Source of the DNA: a virus
Direction: 5' to 3' (one strand)
Length of the DNA stretch: 64,000 bases
IMG/VR virus record: IMGVR_UViG_3300026097_000010
Span: 88,483 to 152,482 of that record
The translations under genes were made by a program, and so were the position numbers. Position 1 is the stretch's first letter. Each line of letters opens with the position of its first letter. The notes beneath the pieces were generated by a model. The model was given only the letters and a program-made list of their open reading frames with translations, had not been told where the DNA came from and did not search any database. This document shows positions 29,701 to 36,369 of the stretch, in pieces.

Positions 29701-31570
29701 CTATTCAATAGACATAGAAAATAACAATGTAGTTTTTGCAGATCCGCCTGCCGCAGAAGAAGTTATTGAAATTGTTTCTTTAGGCATCGGCGGCATTTCT
29801 ATTTTAGATTATCAAGAATTTGTTGGCGACGGCAATACCAAGAACTTCTTTACCGGAGCAAGATTCGAAGATACAACTTCTACGGTTGTTATTGTGGACG
29901 GGGAAGAAATTAACATTGATTTTATTAATGGTCTCGATGTCGGCGCAGATTCTGATATTACCGCAATTCAGTTTGTCAATAGCCCGCAAACTGGCAGTGT
30001 TATTAAAGTTATAGTATTAGCAGGATCTGTATCGAATCAGCAACTTGTTAGAGTTAATCAGCAAACCGAGTTATATGACGGTTCAACAAGATCATATGAT
30101 CTTAACAACTTCGTTAATTTAAACAGAGGAAGTGCATTATCTTCATTAATTGTTGAAGTGAATAATAGAGCATTGCAAGGTGTAGATACTCGATATTTTA
30201 CTGTTAGTAACGAGTTCCTAGTGCCAAAAACTACTACAAACCAAGCAGGAGAGGTGATCGATACTTTTAACGAATGGGAATTTGAGATAGGTATTGATCC
30301 TGCAGAATCTGCAGGTGCAATTTTAACAGAGAATATCAGGGTTGAAGTTAACGGATCTACTCTTACTGGTGGACAAAACTTTGTTTACGATGGAATTAAC
30401 AGAATCTTAATTTTCAGTGAATCGGTGTTATCGGAAGGCGATATATTAAAAATAGAAAATAATTTTAGAACAGAATACAATATATCTGGAAACATTTTAA
30501 CTATAGATTCGGAATATACTTTAACAGAAGGCGACGAAATAAAAATAACCTGGTTCAGCGAATATCCGTCTATGGAAATTTTATCAGATGAATACACTGG
30601 AGGAAAAGTTAATTTTGAATTAAAGTATCAACCTATATCCTCAGATTTTGTTTGGGTATATAAAAACGGATTGAGACTGGCCCCTGAAGTTGATTATTCG
30701 GTAGACCAGCGAAATAAAACAGTTTATTTAAAAGATCGCACCAGCGTAAACGATATAATTAAAATTATTTTATTTGGAACACAATCCTTTAAATTATCAA
30801 GTGCATACGAAATACACAAAGATATGTTTAATGTTTATCAATATAAGCGATACTCTCAAGGATCAGTTAAACTTGCAAAATCTCTAAATTATTATGATAC
30901 TTCTATTGAAGTTACAAATGGCGATTTACTAGGAGAACCTAATTTATCTAGAAATATACCCGGAGTAATTGAAATTAACCAAGAAAGAATTGAATATCTA
31001 GTTAAGTCGGGAAATATTTTATCTCAAATTAGAAGAGGAGCGACCGGAACCGCAATTAACGAAATTGTTGAATCGGGTGCAGGCATTATTGATCTAGGAG
31101 TTAATGAAAGTTTGCCATACGTTGAAGATCAAGAAAGATACGATTTCTTTAGTGACGGAAGCTCACAAGATATAGGACCGTTGCCGTTTACTCCGAATGC
31201 AACTGAAATCGATAACTGGTATAGAGATACTATTTCGGAAGACCATAAACAGTGCGACGATATTGAAGTATTTGTCGGCGGCCGTCGCTTGCGTAAAAAC
31301 CCTATTAGAATATATGATGAAAATTTAGGAGCCTCTAGTACGTCTGCCGATAAGACAGTTGAAGCAGAATTTAGTGTAACTGGTAATGATGCAGAAATAA
31401 GATTAACAGTCGCTCCGCCGGCCGGAACACGTATATCCGTAATACGGAAAGTTGGCAAAGTTTGGTATGATACAGGAGAAAATAGTGCAACTTCTGGAAT
31501 AACTTTGCTTGAAAACGAATCGTCGATAGCTAAATTCATTGCTCAGAAGTCAACGGATTTACCTGAATAA
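17789..31570 (+). CDS. Giant 4593-aa virion structural protein (gp7-position baseplate wedge; FG-GAP-like propeller, CBM-like modules)
   Basis: Uninterrupted 13.8 kb ORF directly after gp6. It has FG-x-S-V/I...VG[AS]P repeats, repeated Y-x-x-GD-x-V-x-Y modules, and GxGY-x-x-PP and DG-x-x-x-x-F repeats. Confidence 0.8.
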   Translation: MANRSYPKSNLPIRKTSELLPQVFQTDTNNKFLSGVVDPLVQPGVLDKTVGYIGRRYGKTFKGSEVYLDNDQTLRSRYQLEPGVTISEDGKINSFYDYLDFKNQLKFFGNDNDRDDKITSQEHYSWNPPINWDMFVNYREYYWMPLGPEPVSITGQTGSIVSTYKVMASTGTSWIFTPDGLTNNPSITLYRGQTYEFNVNSPDEGFTIRTNYDTGSLLFDPNKTYFSGDLAVFDEKLWRADTEISPLDGSTIDINSQDWTLIDSSVANSSLNYNQGIENNGVKNGKLTFTVPLDAPDILYYQSDVIPDRLGTFIIADIESNTFINVEREVIGKTTYKSSNDIELTNGLVVEFKGNVTPESYSKSRWLVEGVGNAITLTKFEDLVPPALAQDTPEVLFDNEGFDTQPFDDADQFPAEKDYIVISKNSKDLNPWSRYNRWFHRSVIEQSANFNNSSFSASEESRAKRPIIEFKPNTKLFNHGVVAKRTVDYIDTVTDDVFSQIEGSIGYSIDGEFLFEGARILIVADTDSLVNNKIYEVKFITHNGIRIINLQETEDSDSLLDESVLIRRGQLNAGLMYHFNGVAWIRSQQKTSVNQSPLFDAFDSNGVSFSDIETYPVSTFQGTKLLSYQIGTSINDSELGFSLSYLNIDNVGDIQFNWNWDIDNFQYTENQVTNTVKLNTGFYKIDSDFDNGWTQTDLTFTQPIIDSVILDTDTNEVELRTVQWENLTDSAIINFYLNGQRINNNYSRQGNKFLFQTTFSQNDVISIKIIDNIEPDQGYYEIPLGLEKNPLNQEITSFTLGQAIDHVESSLEFDREFVGSIPGSSNLRDLSNYQSKTTRFIKHGGVSALPIVFLCNKDQNLIKALKYAKQEYTRFKNNFIETATSLNFDGNTADFVDEIVNQLSKTKTVDSPFIDSDMIGSGAYTSLDYTVDDEGIKTFALSENFDLDTLSNRAVYVYLNDNQLLHGAEYTFDSTFGFITINKDLSRGDQLQIREYVSTTFSHIPSTPTSLGLFKKYTPSKFIDNTFLEPREVIIGHDGSLTPTYNDFRDDLILELEYRIYNNIKVNYDETVFDIDSVLGGYYQQGDFTKSDVDAIVSQEFLSWVSNTGVNYAINQYFDSENAFTYTYSNMTDPTGTQNLPGYWRGVYQWFYDTDRPHRSPWEMLGFSEKPTWWNDEYGPSPYTRGNLLLWEDIQQGIVRQGPRAGRYSRYARPTILNHIPVDDDGNLLDPLSSGLARDFTLVNNQGSFKLGDVAPVEHAWRSSSEWPYAVLIALSLLKPFDFITRCLDRSSVTTNLIGQVVTKNTGYFPTIKDIVVPEPTVRLTSGLINYMSSYLRSIGLSPGLLTDTIQNISVSLSSRLSGFVDKTQQKYLLDSKNPNSASGSIFIPPENYDIIFNVSSPIDTITYSGVILEKTSRGWIVRGYDNISPFFKFYQAVPNQRDPIIKVGGISETFVEWAPEQTYNNGSIVLYRNDYYRSLKTHVSGETLDTSLWNKLPNLPLVGAIEAQRRRNFNKLKLQQITYGHEFNTIQQVVDFLLGYEEYLKSTGFVFDNYDTENQVSQDWTTSCKEFMFWTKHNWAEGSIITLSPSATKIQITAPVGVVDNILDSFYEYSVFKGDGNPLDPKFIDVNRDFQSVTINTTNTNQGIYFLKLNYVLKEHVVVFDDRTVFNDVIYDKPTGYRQLRIKSRGFRTVDWDGDYTSPGFLFDNVNIESWQPFRDYSLGDIVSYRSNNWVARVSHPGNENFDDAQWSLLDSEPEKKLIPNFDYRINQFEDYFETGAEGVSEVQRQLARNTIGFQSRQYLNNLAEDTVTQYRLYQGFIREKGTNNALTKLFTKLSDDTEDTSLLLNEEWAFKVGEFGGTDQSSEVEFEIKINNFEINPQPLLVTSTLPTSNLDQNYRVTGDEFTISAIPFSTNIIPVSYNSEPVKTAGYVKLDQPEWTVRDRISLNNLDIDQIVENDHIWITFDTIDWDVVRFNQIPGVIITDIELTANSTALIFLNKESGLEIGSYIGIKNITNLSGFFEIVDKFVERSEVLLTHIIEISIPEGTQTPEFEGSTVNNLYTLTDARFDAYDNLDPQLSALLDENSKLWVDNNGNDLWEVVEKKKQFISKKIENFGLIDPSKVGSKVVYNSTLNQTLTAIPDPGFVIAYTEAPEFLSVRQILSPPDFLQSTVTGLFGEEISVSPDGKWLAVGSPLASGVGSYYKGLFNPTITYNPLDIVLYEGKLWRATQQYDRDLLASLDDSTWIAPGTEGWEPATIVEAVNNPSAEGHTEQGVVTLYEFANNQWSRRISVVSPRPNNREKFGSSISIGVADGIYYMAVSAPGAAENRGRVYLYIFENSEWKHIENVKYRGIYDDEASVYYAGDIVWYNGNLYECLDNSTTYVDVKDTGDLSSTGNWVKLNNVATQNSLPQSVSVEDDGSTLQSGILNPIQMAELIKVGDQFGSSVAMNYDASILVVGAPFSDDQYFPNYKGVWRPDYEYTQNDTVRHKGNYYQLANIGETAVALDSTITSYNQEPVGEPWIEIGDSSTDPTGKVFVYQRSLLGTYELKQTVSADNFINQSGTAISINTGDEFGSSVDIDFSGTTIVASSPKSDIEFSNQGSAYILRTDSVILPEYKLVQKIQSYEKYPNEFFGFNVSISPNTSKIAIGANNAQFSSPIRFDSSSTTFDEGRSLFYSSRGFVGAVYVYELKDDIYFLTEKLEADFQVGESFGYSVDCDDSVVVVGSPFYKTTGMVRTFRKDPTKNSWEILAQQTPVTQIEKVKSIALYDNINNIKIQDLDYVDPAKLKILNEAEQELKFKTPYDPAVYSIGTETVVVDSDIAWTTKNVGELWWDLSTAKWIYYEQGDTAYRTGNWGVLAEGASIDVYEWVESSILPADWAILADTTEGLAEGISGQPLYPDNSVYSIKELYNVQTLEPTETLYYFWVRNKTTVPNDMNNRRLSASSVANLILNPSANNTFITLAGSDKLLAYNFETVINEETALVNLDFFNKLEKQNAVHKEYQLISEGIADSLPSDQLEAKWIDSLIGYDKEGNRVPDTNLPSKQKYGLNFRPRQSMFVDRIPPLRTAIINVNRVLQREPFADIINFETLNSFDEKPNAILNLYDVAVQTLIDLETVGTVRIKQAVLRANLIDGSIDTVDILDPGYGYRVPPPVEFEGDGTDAKVSVELDNQGRIVNTIIENPGRKYANITTKVRNFSVLVESDSTLNGFWSIYAWDDVRKSFFRSRSQSFNTTRYWDLVDWWKEGYSPTTRIVKEVNLAFEEQTINVEIGDLIRIKEYGSGGWAVFEKVSQSSETLLDNYTLVGRQLGTIEFSSTLYDTSQSGIGFDNVNSFDTGLYDIENSKELRNILQTIKEDIFIGDYSAEWNKLFFTSIRYAFAEQTYVDWAFKTSFLNAVHNVGSLKQKTNYKNDSLESYRDYINEVKPYKTSIREYTSRYTSQENTQTAVGDFDLPPVYSEIEGKIVSVNQSLAFIDQYPWKLWKDSQGYSIESIQIADQGTGYKQPPSVLIQGDGTGATAQAYISNGKVVAVRMINEGIGYTVATVTLVGGNDNASTTAKVVPILGKSKFRTLDLTVKFDRYTKEGLYTQFNYTQEFIADGNSSVFNLNYAPTRDKSKISVIRNDNPVLDGEYTISLFSSDTDSYSLLKGKITFIEVPNNGDIISIEYEKNDELLDSVNRINKYYSPVSGMKGSDINQLMTGIDFGGVQVQGTTFDVTGGWDALPWFTDSWDSVEVSSDYYVVADGSTTEITLPYIPSEGQIINIYLKRNTTVEPRSINDLQYTTEIPDSATIRIDDPEYGTQNQTNENALLPTFVGDGSTSTIEIGTSVRTSTGDILIFRPIESDGSVTITDPTIVDTNIRGGTLSAMNGAYSTATGLTAEEIVIDGETFISPDQVPAPEENIPGQILDSVSIKVFTTDSQGAAPLKSKISYGDNSTSVFEIGQTILENSSVIVYIDKEQQILDTDYSIDIENNNVVFADPPAAEEVIEIVSLGIGGISILDYQEFVGDGNTKNFFTGARFEDTTSTVVIVDGEEINIDFINGLDVGADSDITAIQFVNSPQTGSVIKVIVLAGSVSNQQLVRVNQQTELYDGSTRSYDLNNFVNLNRGSALSSLIVEVNNRALQGVDTRYFTVSNEFLVPKTTTNQAGEVIDTFNEWEFEIGIDPAESAGAILTENIRVEVNGSTLTGGQNFVYDGINRILIFSESVLSEGDILKIENNFRTEYNISGNILTIDSEYTLTEGDEIKITWFSEYPSMEILSDEYTGGKVNFELKYQPISSDFVWVYKNGLRLAPEVDYSVDQRNKTVYLKDRTSVNDIIKIILFGTQSFKLSSAYEIHKDMFNVYQYKRYSQGSVKLAKSLNYYDTSIEVTNGDLLGEPNLSRNIPGVIEINQERIEYLVKSGNILSQIRRGATGTAINEIVESGAGIIDLGVNESLPYVEDQERYDFFSDGSSQDIGPLPFTPNATEIDNWYRDTISEDHKQCDDIEVFVGGRRLRKNPIRIYDENLGASSTSADKTVEAEFSVTGNDAEIRLTVAPPAGTRISVIRKVGKVWYDTGENSATSGITLLENESSIAKFIAQKSTDLPE

Positions 31571-31577
31571 ATACACT

Positions 31578-32243
31578 ATGAAACCTAAAGAGACCAAGAT
31601 GACAGATCAAGAAATTGAACCAAAATCAGAAAGCAAAAGTCCTGATGAAAACAGCGGATTCCACGTCGAAGGACATATAAAAATATTCGACCCAAACACC
31701 GATGAAGTGTTTGTTGATAAAAGAAATGCTATACATTATGAAAACATGAGTGTGGCAATGGTAAATTCTTTATCTAATCAAGGTCAAGGTTGGATATATG
31801 AAATGAGTTTTGGAAGTGGCGGTACCACTGTCGATCCTACAGGATTAATAACTTATCTCACTCCGAATACAGTTGGCAGAAATTCTAGTTTGTATAATCA
31901 AACATTTTCTAAAATAGTTGATCAAAACTCTATTGCCAATACTGATCCTGTAAGAAATAAAATGGAGATTCGACATATCAGTGGCGCATCTTATAGTGAT
32001 ATAGTAGTTAGTTGTATATTAGATTATGGCGAACCATTGGAACAAGAAGCGTTTGATAATTCAGTTGACATGGATAGTGATTTTGTTTTTGACGAATTAG
32101 GTTTAAGATCATACGATCCTGCAGGAACAGGAGATTTGTTAACACATGTTATTTTTCACCCTGTTCAAAAATCTTTGAATAGGCTTTTGCAGATCGATTA
32201 TACAATACGTGTTCAGAGTTTAACTGGTTTTACCGAGGTATAA
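31578..32243 (+). CDS. Virion structural protein (baseplate-associated)
   Basis: Likely start is ATG 31578 (or 31599) after ATAAATA at 31567-31573, not 31539; FDELGL and HPVQKSLNR motifs; lies between the giant protein and the fibres. Confidence 0.6.
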   Translation: MKPKETKMTDQEIEPKSESKSPDENSGFHVEGHIKIFDPNTDEVFVDKRNAIHYENMSVAMVNSLSNQGQGWIYEMSFGSGGTTVDPTGLITYLTPNTVGRNSSLYNQTFSKIVDQNSIANTDPVRNKMEIRHISGASYSDIVVSCILDYGEPLEQEAFDNSVDMDSDFVFDELGLRSYDPAGTGDLLTHVIFHPVQKSLNRLLQIDYTIRVQSLTGFTEV

Positions 32244-32246
32244 TAA

Positions 32247-34406
32247 ATGCCGTATATTATTAATTTTACAGACAGCGAAAATAAGACACCGATAACGGTC
32301 TTTGATAACACATCAAGTAACGACACCAGTTTAACTTTTCCTGGAAGAAACGTTACAGGATACGGTCAGATAATTGGAGAAAATTTTCTTGCCCTTTTAG
32401 AAAATTTTGCTAATGCTAGTGAGCCTATCAATCCAGTTGAAGGACAATTATGGTATGATAGCAGCGACGGTGTACAACAATTAAAAATTTGGAACAATAC
32501 ACAGTGGACAGCTGCTTCGGGTATTCAGCGTGGACCAACTGCACCTGCTGTTGAAGAATCAAAAATTGGCGAATTGTGGGTTGATACAACAAAGCAACAA
32601 CTTAATATCTTTACAGGAAATCGGTGGATTTTAGTAGGCCCAACAGAAAGTTCTATTGACGGGTTACGATATGGTCCGTCTGTTGAACAGATATCAGATA
32701 CCGATGACGATATTCGAGTTGTACTGATTTTGTATATTGCTGATCAACCGGTAGCAATAGTTAGTAAAGACTCGTTCACTCCCAAAATTACAATTTCAGG
32801 ATACAGTGATATCAGGGCCGGAATAAACGTTATAACACCAACAGATGCGGCACAAATAGCATTGTTTGAAGGGGGGCTGATACCGAAATTGGTTGGTACC
32901 GCATCAAATGCAGACGCACTGAATATAGGCGGCACTGAAGTTCCGGCAAGTTTATTTTTAAGATCAGATACAACTAATACCACAGAATTTGGCTTCAATA
33001 TAAGGAATAATTTTGGATTAACAATAGGTGTCGATGGAAGTCTGAGCATTTCTACATCATCTACTGGTGCTAGAATTTATAATGCAACTCCGGGTGCGTC
33101 TTTAGACCTACAATTAAACCGAAACAGTGTTCCGAGTACAATTTTAAGAGTAATTGACAATACTGTAGGCATAAACAAATTAGATCCGAATTATGAATTA
33201 GATGTTGCTGGCGATATTGGCCTGTCTGGATCTTTGATTATTGAAGGCACAGCAGAAACAACCAATTTAAATAATGGTAGTTTAAGAACAGCCGGCGGAT
33301 TAGCTGTGACTAAAAGCGCCAGAATAGGACAGAATTTGTTTGTGGAAGGTACAACACAAGCAGAAAATATTCTACCAGCAACCGACGAGTTATACGATAT
33401 AGGATCTTCTACAAGAAGATGGAACAGAGTTTTTTCTAAAGATATCATCGCAGACACCATCACAGGAACAATTGTTGGCGATATTCAAGGCAACTCTCAG
33501 ACAGCAACATCGTTGCGAAGTGTATCTTCGTTTGAACTAACTGGAGATATTGTATCTCAGAAAGCTACATTTGACGGGTCTCCTAACACACAAATCGAAT
33601 TCAATACAAGTCTTTCTGCTTCCTTGATTAGAGAACGACCTGATGCCCAGCCAAATTTGTCAGAACCTAATGATTTAATACTAGTATATAGATCATCTGC
33701 AGAAGCCGCAGGAACAGGAGAATCAGCAGGATTAATTAAACAAACTAGAGATACATTTATAGGTGATTTAGGAATTCCGCTAGGTACTATTTTACCGTAT
33801 GCCGGAGTAAATCCACCTGAAGGATTTTTATTGTGTGACGGATCTGAACTAGAAATTAATCAATACATTCAACTATACGGAATATTAGGCGATAGGTACA
33901 ACGGTAATGCTCCTCTTGCAGGCGACAACACGTTTAGACTTCCAGATCTAAGAGGTAGATTTGCCCTAGGTAGACATAATATGGATAATAACAGAAATGT
34001 TCCGGCAGCTTCGGGATCAGGAGCACTAGTCAGTGCAGGCGGCGGCGAGCCAAGTCCTGCAAGGGTCGAAGGTGTAGAAGCGTCGACATTATCTGCATCT
34101 GCTGGACAAAGTTCGCTATCATTAGAATTAACAAATATCCCCCAACATGAGCATAGTTTGAATGTGGATAATGTACAATACTCTGCTGTAAGGGTCGATA
34201 ATGCTATTCGACCAGCCGCTCAGACCGGAAACGGCCCGACAGCTCCAGGACAAGCTCAGTATTTAAATCGATCGGGAGGTGTGCTGTCTGGCGCAAGAAT
34301 ACCTCTTGATGCCAGTCAGTTAGGACAACCTTTTGGTATAATGAATCCGTTTTTAACTTTAAACTACATTATCAGAGCTGGCCAGCCAGAATTTACAAGA
34401 GATTAA
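32247..34406 (+). CDS. Tail fibre protein with C-terminal tail-collar domain
   Basis: Shared N-terminal anchor (GRNVTGYG...ENFLALLENFA); collar motif PLGTILPYAG...PEGFLLCDG...FRLPDLRGRF; terminal NPFLTLNYII. Confidence 0.85.
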   Translation: MPYIINFTDSENKTPITVFDNTSSNDTSLTFPGRNVTGYGQIIGENFLALLENFANASEPINPVEGQLWYDSSDGVQQLKIWNNTQWTAASGIQRGPTAPAVEESKIGELWVDTTKQQLNIFTGNRWILVGPTESSIDGLRYGPSVEQISDTDDDIRVVLILYIADQPVAIVSKDSFTPKITISGYSDIRAGINVITPTDAAQIALFEGGLIPKLVGTASNADALNIGGTEVPASLFLRSDTTNTTEFGFNIRNNFGLTIGVDGSLSISTSSTGARIYNATPGASLDLQLNRNSVPSTILRVIDNTVGINKLDPNYELDVAGDIGLSGSLIIEGTAETTNLNNGSLRTAGGLAVTKSARIGQNLFVEGTTQAENILPATDELYDIGSSTRRWNRVFSKDIIADTITGTIVGDIQGNSQTATSLRSVSSFELTGDIVSQKATFDGSPNTQIEFNTSLSASLIRERPDAQPNLSEPNDLILVYRSSAEAAGTGESAGLIKQTRDTFIGDLGIPLGTILPYAGVNPPEGFLLCDGSELEINQYIQLYGILGDRYNGNAPLAGDNTFRLPDLRGRFALGRHNMDNNRNVPAASGSGALVSAGGGEPSPARVEGVEASTLSASAGQSSLSLELTNIPQHEHSLNVDNVQYSAVRVDNAIRPAAQTGNGPTAPGQAQYLNRSGGVLSGARIPLDASQLGQPFGIMNPFLTLNYIIRAGQPEFTRD

Positions 34407-34419
34407 GGGTTAGATATAC

Positions 34420-36348
34420 ATGGCTTATCAAATTAACAAAACAGACGGAACAATAATTGCAACAGTAGCTGATGGGCAACTCGATGATCTCTCAACAGAT
34501 TTAACTCTTATTGGAAAAAATTATAGCGGTTACGGAGAAGCTTTCAACGAAAATTTTGTAAAAATCTTAGAAAATTTTGCTGATGTTTCTCAACCAAGTA
34601 ATCCTATAAAAGGACAAGTTTGGTTCGACTCGTCAGAATCAAAATTAAAAGTTTATAATGGAACAACATTTGTTCCAGTTAGCTCTGCTACTGTAAGCAA
34701 CACACAACCAGATACATTAGCCATTGGAGATCTGTGGTTTAATAATGTTGATAAACAATTGTATTTTTTCGACGGTAGCAATGCAATTCTTTTAGGGCCG
34801 GATTATTCTGAATCTCAATTGTTAAGCGGGTTAAGAGTAGAAAATATTCTCGATAATCTAAACCAAACTCGAGTAATAACAAAACTATTTACTAACGGTA
34901 TTTTGTTAGGAATATTTTCTAAAGATACATTTACACCCAAAGATCCTATTGTAGGATTTGCAGGAAGTATTCAGCCGGGATTTAATGCCAGTACTTTGGC
35001 AGGAATAAAATTTAATGTAACCGCTACAAATTCTGAATCTCTAGGCGGAGCAGATGCAGGACTGTACGTGAGAAATGATTCGTCTAATAACATCAACGGA
35101 CAATTGTCATTACGAAATGATCTAGGACTTGTAGTAGGCTCGAGTGGTACCGCATCGTTCCGTGTGGAAAATAGAGATCTTGTTATTAGAAATTCTGCAG
35201 ATAATAGACAATTTATTATAGACGTAAGAAGAGATACTAGAGGAGAAGACGCTGTAGTAATTGATGCGGCTGATAGAAGCATTGGGCTGTACGAAGAATT
35301 TAGCGATAGTCAAGTTAATATAGGTGGCGATCTAACTATAAACGGTGACATTACTATTAAAGGTAATTTTACCATTAATGACGGCGATGTCACCCAGGTC
35401 AAGACATCTGAACTAGTTATTGAAGATAAAGTTGTTATTCTAGGACAAACAGGCGATAGTTCATTAAACACAGATGAAAATGCAGATGGTGGCGGAATTG
35501 TATTAAAAGGATCTAATGATCATATAATTTTATGGAGTGACGCTGGACAGGCGGCTACAGGATCATATCCTGCGTTACTAAGCAATTCGTGGACTTTTTC
35601 AGATCATATAAATCTTGCTACTAACAAATATTTTGCGATTGACGGAATTCCTATAATCGAACAAACTAATAGTACTCCAGGTTCTCAAACTTTTAAATTA
35701 ACTTCGGCGGTTACATCAGTCGAAGGTGTTAGCTCTTTTGGTAAACAAACTGTAATTACAGTAGGTCCGGGAGCTGTATCAGCCGATCCGCTTTTAAGAC
35801 TAGAAGATGCTAAAATATCTACCGAGCAAAATCAAGATTTAACAATTTCTCCCGACTCTGGACAGAATATTGTTCTAGAAAACTCCCCTAGAATACAAGG
35901 CCTAGCAGATCCTAGAAGCGGTTCGTCTGGAGAGCAAGATGCAGCCACAAGAGAATATGTAGATAGTGAAATTGAATCTAGACCGATCCTTTTAAGTATT
36001 GATCTTTCAGACGGTAAACCGAATAGCTACATTATTAGCAATATATTAGACAACATGGCTCCTGTTTCTGAATACAGATCAGGAACTGTTGCAAGAATTT
36101 TGTGTAATATTTTGAATAATTCAGCATCGTCTTTAGATTTTGATCCGTTATTGGCAGCCGGAACTTCGAAATCAACATTCAACACGCCAACAGGAACCGC
36201 GCCGGCTGTTACAGATGTACTTCCGGGTATTATTAATTTTCCTGCGGCAGGGCATTCAACGACCAGAATCATAAAAACATTTCAAATTACCGGACCAGAG
36301 AGTGCTAAAAATTGGAGCTTTGTTAATGACACAATTTTGGCACCATAA
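34420..36348 (+). CDS. Tail fibre-like protein (paralogue 2)
   Basis: Same N-terminal anchor (GKNYSGYGE-x-x-NENF..LENFA); DAATREYVD fibre repeat. Confidence 0.75.
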   Translation: MAYQINKTDGTIIATVADGQLDDLSTDLTLIGKNYSGYGEAFNENFVKILENFADVSQPSNPIKGQVWFDSSESKLKVYNGTTFVPVSSATVSNTQPDTLAIGDLWFNNVDKQLYFFDGSNAILLGPDYSESQLLSGLRVENILDNLNQTRVITKLFTNGILLGIFSKDTFTPKDPIVGFAGSIQPGFNASTLAGIKFNVTATNSESLGGADAGLYVRNDSSNNINGQLSLRNDLGLVVGSSGTASFRVENRDLVIRNSADNRQFIIDVRRDTRGEDAVVIDAADRSIGLYEEFSDSQVNIGGDLTINGDITIKGNFTINDGDVTQVKTSELVIEDKVVILGQTGDSSLNTDENADGGGIVLKGSNDHIILWSDAGQAATGSYPALLSNSWTFSDHINLATNKYFAIDGIPIIEQTNSTPGSQTFKLTSAVTSVEGVSSFGKQTVITVGPGAVSADPLLRLEDAKISTEQNQDLTISPDSGQNIVLENSPRIQGLADPRSGSSGEQDAATREYVDSEIESRPILLSIDLSDGKPNSYIISNILDNMAPVSEYRSGTVARILCNILNNSASSLDFDPLLAAGTSKSTFNTPTGTAPAVTDVLPGIINFPAAGHSTTRIIKTFQITGPESAKNWSFVNDTILAP

Positions 36349-36369
36349 TAGACAATCAGGAGCGAATAG

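Noticed and set aside
31539-31577. Listed upstream starts for several ORFs (31539, 48932, 52994, 55234, 57337, 59741, 59970, 63085)
   Set aside because: They overlap upstream genes extensively; downstream ATGs fit SD, promoter or coupling signals better.
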